Of a stretch of DNA of 38,013 nt, positions 16,744 to 26,071 are shown in pieces (the stretch's first letter is position 1; each line of letters begins with the position of its first letter). Origin of the DNA: a virus. Lineage: Duplodnaviria; Caudoviricetes. A model generated the notes under the pieces. That model ran no database searches, was not told the DNA's origin, and worked only from the letters and a program-made list of their open reading frames with translations. Where the stretch lies: positions 1 to 38,013 of IMG/VR virus record IMGVR_UViG_3300038675_000651, one strand, 5' to 3'. Made by a program: the position numbers and the translations under genes.

Positions 16744-17871
16744 ATGACAGAATATAATAAAATGGCAAAAGGTCGATTTGTTTCGACTGGCGCCGCTCAG
16801 ATTATTAATCTGCCATTTCAACCCGATTACGTAGAACTTGTAAACTACACAGCGTCTACAGCAGCAGCTACATCGCAAGCGATTGTATCGGCTCGTTGGG
16901 ATGCTTTGATGGGTCAAGGGACTGCGCAAATTATGGGTTACGACGCAACGCCTGCACTTGTTGCAGATACGATTGCGTCTAACGGTATCACTACCTTCTC
17001 AGCAGGACAGCTATTGCAATTCGGGCCATCTTTACAGATTGCCTCGATCACAAAAGCATCGCCTGCGGTCGTGACTACGGGTTCGGCTCACGGGCTTGCG
17101 TCTGGCGACGTTGTCGTTATGCAAGGGCTTTATCAGTCGAGCACAACCGGTATGCCGCAAATTACAGGCATTCCTTTTACCGTGACGGTAACGGGCGCAA
17201 CTACCTTCACAATTCCGTTTAATACCAACCAGTCGAACTATACGGCGTTGAGCGGAAGCCCATCGGGTGCAATAGTTAAAAAGGTGTTATATCCTTATAT
17301 CTATTTCCCCGGGACTTCGTTCATTAGCGCAATTACGCTCGGCTCTACAACGACTATCGACACGACTTCGGCGCACAATTTCTTTGTGGGTCAGGAAGTG
17401 GCGTTTAGAATCCCATCACAATGGGGTACAACTCAATTGAATTCGCTACCAAATACGCTTACGCCGGGGTCTCCTGTTTACGGCTACGTCGTTGCGGTAA
17501 CCGATTACAATACTGTTGTCGTTAACATCAATTCGAGCGCATACACTGCGTTTAACTCAAACCAAACCGTTGCGAGCGTGCCGGGTCTTTCGTTCCCGCA
17601 AATCGTAGCTGTTGGTGACGTTAATAACGGGGGTACGCAAATTTCGTCGGGTTCGCAATTATATCCGCCTCCTCAATACCGTCCTATCGGGACAACGTTA
17701 GTCAATACGATTAACGGTCCGGGTATTTTGGGTGCGTTTGTAAACAACACGGCGCAAGGCTTTATCGTAGGTAACGGTGCAGGCGCTAAATTGACGACCG
17801 GCGCTCTTTGCGGAGCTGCTTCGGATGTCATCTATTGGCGCGCATTTTACTCGGATATTTCGATTTCATAA
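16744..17871 (+). CDS. Virion structural or decoration protein with FCCH-like beta-barrel repeats
   Basis: IASITKASPAVVTTGSAHGLASGDVV and ISAITLGSTTTIDTTSAHNFFVGQEV; immediately follows the capsid gene. Confidence 0.7.
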   Translation: MTEYNKMAKGRFVSTGAAQIINLPFQPDYVELVNYTASTAAATSQAIVSARWDALMGQGTAQIMGYDATPALVADTIASNGITTFSAGQLLQFGPSLQIASITKASPAVVTTGSAHGLASGDVVVMQGLYQSSTTGMPQITGIPFTVTVTGATTFTIPFNTNQSNYTALSGSPSGAIVKKVLYPYIYFPGTSFISAITLGSTTTIDTTSAHNFFVGQEVAFRIPSQWGTTQLNSLPNTLTPGSPVYGYVVAVTDYNTVVVNINSSAYTAFNSNQTVASVPGLSFPQIVAVGDVNNGGTQISSGSQLYPPPQYRPIGTTLVNTINGPGILGAFVNNTAQGFIVGNGAGAKLTTGALCGAASDVIYWRAFYSDISIS

Positions 17872-17887
17872 TATAACGTCATGCTAT

Positions 17888-17916
17888 ATAGTGGCCCCTT
17901 AAAAAAGGGCCACTAT
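17888..17916. other. 10-bp stem-loop (terminator or translation-start sequestering)
   Basis: ATAGTGGCCC-N9-GGGCCACTAT; no clear U-tract; covers the start of the ATG at 17915. Confidence 0.6.
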
Positions 17917-18103
17917 GAAAACTTGGAAAAAAAGGACAAACTGTTCATTACATTAATGGTGATACCTTAGACAACTCTAAAAAAATTTAGAAATTTGGGA
18001 CAAACGTCGTCCTCCAGGACAACGCTTAGATGACAAAATTAATTGGTATATAAATTTTTTAAAAGAGTATGGTTACATTATATCTAAGGATACTAATGTC
18101 TAA
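17915..18103 (+). pseudogene. Frameshifted HNH endonuclease relic
   Basis: KKGQTVHYINGDTLDNSK, then a frameshift, then NLEIWDKRRPPGQRLDDKINWYINFLKEYGY, matching the HNH C-terminal pattern VHHxNG..DNxxxNLExW. Confidence 0.8.
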
Positions 18104-18518
18104 CACCATTATTTCTTACCCTGTACCAGCGTATCAAAACGTCCCTATCCAGCCTGATTTTTACGCACCTAGGCGTTTTGCCATATCGGCTATAACGCTT
18201 GGTCAACCGACTACAATTGCCTCTACCGAAATCATGAATTTTAACGTAGGGCAGCTTATTCGTTTAATTATTCCAAATGCGTATGGAGCGCATCAGTTAA
18301 ACGATGCTTTAGGCTACGTGTTAAACATTCCTTCGGTAAATCAGGTAGTTGTCAATATCGATTCGTCGGTTGGAGTCAATCCGTTTGTCTTAGCAACGAA
18401 TCAAACCGTCGTCGCGCAGATTTTGCCTGTAGGAGACATAAACTCAGGCGTTATTACGAATACAGGAAGAACTAACAACCAAACGTTTATAAACGGAAGT
18501 TTTATTAACGTATCCTAG
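18096..18518 (+). CDS. Virion protein, paralogue of the C-terminal half of 16744-17871
   Basis: ISAITLG...GQ...IP...QLN...GYV...VVVNIDSS...QILPVGDINSG aligns by eye; AAGGA RBS favours the ATG at 18096. Confidence 0.7.
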   Translation: MSNTIISYPVPAYQNVPIQPDFYAPRRFAISAITLGQPTTIASTEIMNFNVGQLIRLIIPNAYGAHQLNDALGYVLNIPSVNQVVVNIDSSVGVNPFVLATNQTVVAQILPVGDINSGVITNTGRTNNQTFINGSFINVS

Positions 18519-18571
18519 ACATAAGATTAGATTAGGTATATAAATACGTTAAATTATATTTTAAGGTTAAC

Positions 18572-19168
18572 ATGGGTAGACCTCCAAAAGTAAATTCTCA
18601 AGGCGAGCTTGAACTAGAAAAAGCAAAAGAGCAAATTGACGCTTTTTCCGAACAGATTCAAAGTTTAAACCTTGACGTTTTGCAATCGGCAAAAAAAGAG
18701 GAAGTAGAGCCTCAAACCAAACTTTCGCAAGCAGAACTTGCAAGAAAGAAGGCTATTTATCTTAAACCTGCAAGATCCGTTAGTTCTCCCGAGAAGTTTA
18801 ACGAAGGTTTTAGAGAAGAGTACAATTTTGCAAAAGAATACGTGCATTTTATAGCCGAAAATAAAGAAATAATCGGCGAAACGATTGAGCTTTGGACAAA
18901 GCCTTACGCGGGGATTCCTGCCGAGTTTTGGCAAGTGCCGACTAATAAACCTGTTTGGGGGCCAAGATACCTCGCAGAGCGTATTAGAGGCTGTCAATAC
19001 CGCGTATTAAAGATGGATGAATCGCCCGCGGAAAGCAATACATCGGGCCATGATGCAATTGCGACTTATAAAGGGGTAATTACTGTCGATCGTCAAGTTT
19101 CACGCCTTACGGCAGAGCCGGTAATCGAGCGTAAATCGGTATTTATTGGAGCGTCAGACTTCAAATGA
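18572..19168 (+). CDS. Hypothetical protein in the head-tail region
   Basis: 198-aa co-oriented ORF with AAGG RBS. Confidence 0.7.
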   Translation: MGRPPKVNSQGELELEKAKEQIDAFSEQIQSLNLDVLQSAKKEEVEPQTKLSQAELARKKAIYLKPARSVSSPEKFNEGFREEYNFAKEYVHFIAENKEIIGETIELWTKPYAGIPAEFWQVPTNKPVWGPRYLAERIRGCQYRVLKMDESPAESNTSGHDAIATYKGVITVDRQVSRLTAEPVIERKSVFIGASDFK

Positions 19169-20361
19169 ACCTGTTAAACGACATCATAACCTACGTCAGA
19201 AGAATTATCAAAAGCATGGGAAACGCGCAAGTTTCCGATGGTCTGATAATCGATTATATTAATCGCTTCTGGATTATGGATGTCGATGCTCGTTTACAGC
19301 TTTTTGATTTGAAGAAGAAATATCAATTTCAAACCGTGCCGGGTGTTGATAAATACAACATGCCATTATACGACATTCAAACAGAGCCGGGCATTGATGG
19401 CGGCACGCAATCAATTAGTTTTTACCCTGTTTATCAAGGCTTCATGGGGCCTGTATATATAAACGGTGTACAAGCTAATTTTGAAACGCAGAAACAATAT
19501 TATTACAACGGCTACCCAAACTTCATTTCTTACAACAATGTCGTTGCAACAGGAAACGGAGGACCGGGTCCGTATACGTTTACAGTTCCCATTTTGTCAA
19601 ATAACAGCCCTGTAAACCCTCCTGTGCAGGCTTTATTAAGAGGCCATGTAGACATTCAAGGTATTATAGCGACAGGTTCAAATGTTGATCCTCCCGTTGG
19701 CAGCACTATCAATACCTTGATTCCCTCTACAAGTATCGATTCACAGTTTTGGATAACAAGTCTTGATACTAACGGAAATAGCGTCGTTGTTGCCGATAGC
19801 GGACAGTTTTTAACAAACTTTCCAAACAATGGGTTGTTAATGACTCCCGGAAACGCTCCTTACGGCAATACAGCTTTGCCGGGCGGTTATAGCGCCACGT
19901 CAAATACAATCAATTACATCACGGGGGCGTGTACCGTTACTTTTCCTGTATCTATCCCCGCAGGAGTCAATATCAACGTACAATGTCTTTATTTTCAGTC
20001 AGGGCTACCTCGTACGGTTCTTTATTATAACAACGTTATCACGTTAAGAAGCCCTCCTGATAGACAGTATTTAGTAGAACTTGAAGGCTATTTATCGCCT
20101 GCCGCTTTCTTCAGCACGACAAACGCCACTCCTTACGCATACATGGCTGAATATATTGCAAGGGGCGCTGCAAGAAAGATGCTAAGCGACACGGGCGATT
20201 TAGAGCAGTTTCAATTTTACGAGCCATTATTCCGCGAGCAAGAGATGCTTGTTTGGGCAAGAAGCCAAAGGCAATTTACCTCGACACGTACGCAAACAAT
20301 ATACTCGAATGGCCTTGCGGGTTCAACGGGATACGGAACATTTGGTCAAACCTCTTTTTAA
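19165..20361 (+). CDS. Putative head-tail adaptor / tail tubular protein A
   Basis: Position; N-terminal helix LNDIITYVRRII...IIDYINRF; TLRSPPDRQYLVEL; YIARGAA. Confidence 0.55.
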   Translation: MNLLNDIITYVRRIIKSMGNAQVSDGLIIDYINRFWIMDVDARLQLFDLKKKYQFQTVPGVDKYNMPLYDIQTEPGIDGGTQSISFYPVYQGFMGPVYINGVQANFETQKQYYYNGYPNFISYNNVVATGNGGPGPYTFTVPILSNNSPVNPPVQALLRGHVDIQGIIATGSNVDPPVGSTINTLIPSTSIDSQFWITSLDTNGNSVVVADSGQFLTNFPNNGLLMTPGNAPYGNTALPGGYSATSNTINYITGACTVTFPVSIPAGVNINVQCLYFQSGLPRTVLYYNNVITLRSPPDRQYLVELEGYLSPAAFFSTTNATPYAYMAEYIARGAARKMLSDTGDLEQFQFYEPLFREQEMLVWARSQRQFTSTRTQTIYSNGLAGSTGYGTFGQTSF

Positions 20362-20370
20362 AGGTTAATT

Positions 20371-21012
20371 ATGCCGCTTTATACCTATAATCGCGATACG
20401 CCGAACGCTCCTGATGATCCGTCCATTTCACAACCGGACATGTTTCAAAACACAAACTCGATTGACGATCTAATTGACGAAGATCACTACTCTTTTAATG
20501 ACAATAATGGCGGACTTCATAAACAGGCTCGATTAGTTGCAGGAAGTCTGCCAAGCGGCAGAGCGTCAGGGCTTGGTACCATATACACAAAAACCGTTAC
20601 ACGAGCAGCAGTCAATACTACCGAACAGTTTTACGTTGCCGACAACAGTTCCACCGAGTATCAAATGACGCAAACGATTCCCGCTTCATATGCAGGGACA
20701 TTTGCGCAACAAGCAGCTTACGGAACGCCTCCTGCAGGATTTTCGCAAGTAGGGGGTTGGACGTTTTTACCGGGCGGACTTATTTATCAATGGGGATTTT
20801 ACAGCAACCCGGGTAATTTAGGATCGGGAGGAACCATTCCGTTTCCTGTCGCTTTTACCGCAGGGCCTTATACGCTTCAGCTTACGCTTTACCGCGATTC
20901 GGGAAGGCCTGTATGTATAGACTCAGATACACCCCCCTCTACTACAAGCTTTACATTTGTAGCGGAATCAGGCGGGGCCGATGGCCTTTATTGGCAAGCA
21001 ATAGGTAAATAA
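20371..21012 (+). CDS. Putative tail fibre-associated protein
   Basis: GWTFLPGGLIYQWG...IPFPVAF...YWQAIG motif common at phage fibre C-termini. Confidence 0.65.
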   Translation: MPLYTYNRDTPNAPDDPSISQPDMFQNTNSIDDLIDEDHYSFNDNNGGLHKQARLVAGSLPSGRASGLGTIYTKTVTRAAVNTTEQFYVADNSSTEYQMTQTIPASYAGTFAQQAAYGTPPAGFSQVGGWTFLPGGLIYQWGFYSNPGNLGSGGTIPFPVAFTAGPYTLQLTLYRDSGRPVCIDSDTPPSTTSFTFVAESGGADGLYWQAIGK

Positions 21013-23777
21013 TGGCTAAAATCGTTTTAGGCGTTCCGTTTGATAAAGGACTTCGTAATGACGTTACCGCCTTCAACATAGATAAAAACTCGTTTCCTAC
21101 GCTTATTAATGCCTATCAATGGAGAGGCCGCATTAAAAGAAAAAGAGGAACTGAACTTTTAACGCGCTTGAAACGATATTTAAATGGACTGACTATCGGC
21201 ACAACAGACGGATCTGGCAGTCTTACTGTAAATCTGCTAAGTGGCGGAACATTTATACCCGCAGCGCAGCAATCTTTTGCTTCAATCGTATTTAATTCTA
21301 TAAACTTTACCGATGGCACTAATATTTGGACTGAGCCTACAGCTCCCGACGGAACTCTTCTTATTAACGGTGTGGCTGGCGGCGGCAGCATTAATTACGC
21401 GTCAGGAGCCGTGGTCTTAAACGGCGGACTTATAACTACAGCGGTAACAGGCTCTTTTTCTTATTATCCGGGGCTCCCGGGCCTTGGCTGGGAAGATTTT
21501 GAAGATCCACGATTTGATTATGCGGTATCTGTCGCATTTGATAATACCTATTCGTACACGGTTCAAAACGTATTTCCTTATTTTACTTACGACGTTGGAT
21601 TTTATAAAAACCCAGCCTCAAGCGGAACATATGTTGCAAAAAGCACGTGGACACGTACAAGCTGGAACGGTCAAACCTATCAGCAATATTGGGCTGTTAA
21701 CTACCAAGGGGCCATATTTGTTACAAATGGTGTCACAGAGCCATTTACAACGACAAATATAGGGATGCAGTTTAAAAATATCGTGACGGTTACCGTAATA
21801 ACTCCTACGACGGCGACACTGCAAATAACAGGACATGGATTAGTCGTTGGGGACTTTGTCTTTGTTAACGAGGTTGCAACCACTACAGGAATTAACTTTC
21901 AAACAGGCTACGTTACAACCGTTACCGATGTAAATAATGTAATTGTTACCTTTCCTAACGCAACAGTTGCCGCAAACGGTACGGGGGGAATCGCGCAATA
22001 CTTAACAAGTAGAGCCGATCCCACAAAAGATTGCCTCAGATGGTATGACGGAGATCCAACAAACGGCTCTTTGTCTGGGCCTGTTCCCAGCACAACTAAA
22101 GGGTGGGTTAATTTTATGCCTCCCCTATCGCAAGCCAGCTTTACGGTAGGCGAGCTTCCTCAAGCGCAGTATTATTTAGTCGGCGCAAGAATCATTCAGG
22201 TATACAAAGATAGACTCGTGTTTTTTGGCCCTGTGGTGCAAACCGCGGGGGGAAATCCTATTTACCTGCAAGATCAGATTATTTATTCGCAAAACGGAAC
22301 GCCTTTTTATACGGCTTCTTTTACAGGCGATCCAAGCGCAACGACAACGGTTTTTAATCCACTGCTAGTGCCTGATAACCAAACAGCAACGGCTACAGCG
22401 TTTTGGGAAGATCAAACAGGCTTTGGAGGCTTTGTTAATACAGGACTCAATCAAGCCATAAAGTCGGTATCAACGAATCGCGACGTATTGATTGTTGGTT
22501 TTGATAATAACGTGCAGTCTAAGCTCGTTTTTACTGGAAACGATATATTTCCATTTGCTTTCTACACGATTAATAGCGAGTACGGCACAAGCTCTACCTT
22601 TTCGGTCATAAACCTTGATAAGGGCGTCCTTAGCCGCGGAAATCGGGCGTTTGTAATGACGGGGCAAGAAGATGCAGGACGCTTTGATTTAGAAATACCT
22701 GATGAGGTTTTTCAAATAGGGCTTCAAAACAATGGCTCAGAACGTTTTACGGCGGTGAGAGACTACATTAACGAGTGGGTATGCTTTACCTACATCAATA
22801 ATCAAAGTAGAAATAGCTTATATTTTTATCCTAATCAAACGCTGTTTTATAATTACCGCGATAGATCGTGGGCTATTTTTAGAGAAAACTATACGCATTA
22901 TGGCTCTTTCAGAAAAAGAACAGGTTTTACTTGGGCGACCGTAGGACTTGTATACCCTACGTGGTCGGTATGGAACCAGCCGTGGAATGCAGGCTCAAAC
23001 ACACTTTTGCAAGCTCAAACCGTTGGCTTAAATCAACAAGGCTTTGTATTAATTACAGGCGTAGGCACAGGCGAGGGCGCTAGTTTACAAATTAAAGACA
23101 TCGCAAGCTCTACGGTAACCTGCCCCGATCATGGATTAAATCAAGGGGACTATTTTTTCATTAGCGGCGCACTTGGCACAATAGGCAATGAAGTCAACGG
23201 CAAGATTTTTTCGGTTAATACGTTAACAAGAAACTCGTTTACGCTAAATCCTAGCATAGGCACGGGAACGTATTTAGGCGGAGGCGTTATAAAGCGCATT
23301 TATAAGCCCGATATCAGGTCGGCGCAACTGCCGGTGCACTGGGAGTTAGCTAATAAAACAAGAATCGGCGTTCAGCGCTACCTATTTACCGCAACCGATC
23401 GCTCGCAAGTCACGCTTTATCTATACTTAAGCCAAAATAGCGCAAGCCCCTACAATTTTGGGCCGATCGTGCCAGAGCTTGCGCCTGATAACTCAGGGCT
23501 AATCTACTCGACTGTATTGTATACATGCCCAGAAAGCACGAACATAGGTTTAACTCCCGCGAATAAAAACCTCATGACTCCGGGAGGGTTGCAGCAGGAT
23601 CAGATATGGCACCGCCTGAATACATCGCTAATAGGCGATACGGTGCAATTTGGCATTACACTTAGCGATCAGCAGCTTAGACTGCTAGATTCTAATGGAC
23701 AACCAATAAATCAATACGCCGAAATAGAACTACATGGCGCCATTTTAGACGTATACCCAAGCCAGATGCTTATATGA
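21012..23777 (+). CDS. Putative tail nozzle / tubular protein B (beta-propeller-like)
   Basis: 921 aa, beta-rich; GRIKRKRGT N-terminal motif; YKDRLVFF; position typical for podoviruses. Confidence 0.65.
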   Translation: MAKIVLGVPFDKGLRNDVTAFNIDKNSFPTLINAYQWRGRIKRKRGTELLTRLKRYLNGLTIGTTDGSGSLTVNLLSGGTFIPAAQQSFASIVFNSINFTDGTNIWTEPTAPDGTLLINGVAGGGSINYASGAVVLNGGLITTAVTGSFSYYPGLPGLGWEDFEDPRFDYAVSVAFDNTYSYTVQNVFPYFTYDVGFYKNPASSGTYVAKSTWTRTSWNGQTYQQYWAVNYQGAIFVTNGVTEPFTTTNIGMQFKNIVTVTVITPTTATLQITGHGLVVGDFVFVNEVATTTGINFQTGYVTTVTDVNNVIVTFPNATVAANGTGGIAQYLTSRADPTKDCLRWYDGDPTNGSLSGPVPSTTKGWVNFMPPLSQASFTVGELPQAQYYLVGARIIQVYKDRLVFFGPVVQTAGGNPIYLQDQIIYSQNGTPFYTASFTGDPSATTTVFNPLLVPDNQTATATAFWEDQTGFGGFVNTGLNQAIKSVSTNRDVLIVGFDNNVQSKLVFTGNDIFPFAFYTINSEYGTSSTFSVINLDKGVLSRGNRAFVMTGQEDAGRFDLEIPDEVFQIGLQNNGSERFTAVRDYINEWVCFTYINNQSRNSLYFYPNQTLFYNYRDRSWAIFRENYTHYGSFRKRTGFTWATVGLVYPTWSVWNQPWNAGSNTLLQAQTVGLNQQGFVLITGVGTGEGASLQIKDIASSTVTCPDHGLNQGDYFFISGALGTIGNEVNGKIFSVNTLTRNSFTLNPSIGTGTYLGGGVIKRIYKPDIRSAQLPVHWELANKTRIGVQRYLFTATDRSQVTLYLYLSQNSASPYNFGPIVPELAPDNSGLIYSTVLYTCPESTNIGLTPANKNLMTPGGLQQDQIWHRLNTSLIGDTVQFGITLSDQQLRLLDSNGQPINQYAEIELHGAILDVYPSQMLI

Positions 23778-24238
23778 CACTACCGATTAACCGAACGCCT
23801 TATTTACGCACGTCGAGAGAGTTTCCGGGCGACATTGACGCTCTAGTTGACGAGATATCAAAAGCGTACATCGATACGGCGAATGTTATTAACGATCGCG
23901 TTATTGGGATATACCCAAAAAATCGCCCTGCCGTCAACGGTAAATCGTTTTACCTAAACTCGCAAAAACAGCAAGGCTTGCAGCAAGTCTACACGTTTAC
24001 GGCAACAGGCAACATTGCGCATAATCTCGATTTTAATGAAGTATCGACTTTTACAAACTGTTATGGATCGTTCACCGATGGCACAAACTTTTACGGCCTG
24101 CCTTTTACTTCTAATACTGCTATTGCGGGTCAAAACAGCTTCTATATTACAAGTAATAACATAGTTGTAATAGCAGGGGCGGGAGCGCCTGCAATTGTAT
24201 CTGGAATAGTTATTTTAGAATGGATATCAGATCCATAA
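23774..24238 (+). CDS. Putative tail protein
   Basis: Overlapping start; IAHNL...VILEW beta domain. Confidence 0.55.
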   Translation: MTLPINRTPYLRTSREFPGDIDALVDEISKAYIDTANVINDRVIGIYPKNRPAVNGKSFYLNSQKQQGLQQVYTFTATGNIAHNLDFNEVSTFTNCYGSFTDGTNFYGLPFTSNTAIAGQNSFYITSNNIVVIAGAGAPAIVSGIVILEWISDP

Positions 24239-24266
24239 TAGTTTATATAGTTACTAAGAGGTTACT

Positions 24267-24809
24267 ATGACAGCTTCCACAGGCTACGACGACAAGCGCC
24301 CATCGGGTTACAAGATTAACCGCGTTCAAAACTTTTCTCCTGAGCAAATGCAGCTTTTTAAGGATACGTTTCAATACGTAAACCCGCAAAGCAATTTAGC
24401 GCGCCTTGCGGGAGGAGATCTGCAAGCTTTTCAACAAATGGAAGCGCCCGCATTACGTCAGTTTAACGAGATGCAAGGGAATTTAGCTTCTCGCTTTTCT
24501 GGAATGGGATCGTTCGGCGGAAGAAGATCATCGGGCTTTCAAAACGCGGCAACGAGTGCAGCCTCTAACTTTGCGCAAGAGCTGCAAGCCAATCGTTTGA
24601 ATCTACAAAGGCAAGCGCTTGCGGATCTTATGGGGTATACCTCGAATATCTTAGGCCAGTCGCCATACAATACGTTGATGATTAAAAAACGGCAGCAGCC
24701 AAGCTTTTTAGATTCTATTTTAGGTTTAGTATCGCCGGCTGCCGCTGATATGCGGCAAGGCGGAATTGATAACTCCATGAACTTTCTAAGAATGTTGGGG
24801 ATGGGCTAA
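24267..24809 (+). CDS. Putative ejection (internal virion) protein
   Basis: Gln/Ala/Gly-rich helical protein after the tail genes; GAGG RBS. Confidence 0.55.
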   Translation: MTASTGYDDKRPSGYKINRVQNFSPEQMQLFKDTFQYVNPQSNLARLAGGDLQAFQQMEAPALRQFNEMQGNLASRFSGMGSFGGRRSSGFQNAATSAASNFAQELQANRLNLQRQALADLMGYTSNILGQSPYNTLMIKKRQQPSFLDSILGLVSPAAADMRQGGIDNSMNFLRMLGMG

Positions 24810-26071
24810 TGGCATTATATTTTTTAGAAGATAATTCAAAACCCTCTTTTCGCGAAAAGTTTAGCTCGGCTATGCAAGGGGTAAATCGCTTAGCAGGGGC
24901 CTACGGCCAATTGCAGCAAGAAAAAAAGCAGGCTAGCAAACTAAAAGACCTTACAGGCATGGATTTAGAAGGCTTATCTCCTGAACTACAAAAACTTGCT
25001 TTTGCGGCAAAACTTGAAAATACAGGCAAGATGGAGCAGTTAAAGCAAAAACAAGAACAACAAAAGAATATCTTAAAAAGCATATACGGAGAAACTGCGG
25101 AAGAGCCGGCCCAACGTTTTGCGGAAGAGGTAAATCAACCGGCTAAAACGCAAGTAAATCAACAAGCCACGCCTCAGTCGAAACCCGCATTTGATTTTGA
25201 AGATGAAGACCTTACTTACAATAAAATACCTAAGCCTAAATTAATACCTGATATAGAAATTGCTCAAATAGCTTTAACAGATCCCGCGCTTGCAAGAGAA
25301 TTAAGAGAGCAAAATAATCAAAAATTAAATCAATATAACAAAGAAATTGATCGGGCTTACGATATAAAAAAAACAGCTCGAAAAGAATCTTTCGATAGGT
25401 CTGAGCGTTTACAAAAAGAAACGCAACCAATTCGTATGGACTACGCAGATAAAGGAGCTACGGCCTTAGAAAGTATTCGCCGAAAAGAACAAGCTAATGA
25501 ATTAATTGATCGTGGCAATCTCGACGATCCTACTTTTGCTGCAATTGCCGAAGCAATTCCATTTAATTTAGGTAAACGGCTGCTTTCGCCAGATACCGTA
25601 GAATACAAGTCGGGTATGGTTGACGATTTTAAAGATTTAAAAAACATCTTCACAGGCACTACACGAGTTGTTGAAATTGATATTTTGAAAGACAAAGTAG
25701 CTGATATATATCTAACTAACGCACAAAAAAAAGCTGTTTTGAAATCACGTATTAACGCATTACGAGCCGATGTAATAAAAGCGGAAGTTGCGGCTGAACT
25801 TGAAATAGAACAACAGGATAATCCAACTCTTGGAGCTGCTGCATTTCGTAACGAGGTTGAAAAGCGAGCAAAAAAACAACTAGATGGACTTGCATCGCAA
25901 ATTATCGATGAAAACAAAGCCATTATTCAAGCCGCTGAAAATAAAAAGAAAATTCCGCTCGATCCTGATGATCCTGAAGATAAGGAAATTTTAAATCAAA
26001 TTTTAAACGAAGCTGGAGGAGACAAAAACGAGGCAAGAAAAATTGCTAAGCAAAAAGGGTATCAATTCTAA
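24809..26071 (+). CDS. Putative ejection protein
   Basis: Helical and charged; TAATG coupling; second of three such genes. Confidence 0.55.
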   Translation: MALYFLEDNSKPSFREKFSSAMQGVNRLAGAYGQLQQEKKQASKLKDLTGMDLEGLSPELQKLAFAAKLENTGKMEQLKQKQEQQKNILKSIYGETAEEPAQRFAEEVNQPAKTQVNQQATPQSKPAFDFEDEDLTYNKIPKPKLIPDIEIAQIALTDPALARELREQNNQKLNQYNKEIDRAYDIKKTARKESFDRSERLQKETQPIRMDYADKGATALESIRRKEQANELIDRGNLDDPTFAAIAEAIPFNLGKRLLSPDTVEYKSGMVDDFKDLKNIFTGTTRVVEIDILKDKVADIYLTNAQKKAVLKSRINALRADVIKAEVAAELEIEQQDNPTLGAAAFRNEVEKRAKKQLDGLASQIIDENKAIIQAAENKKKIPLDPDDPEDKEILNQILNEAGGDKNEARKIAKQKGYQF

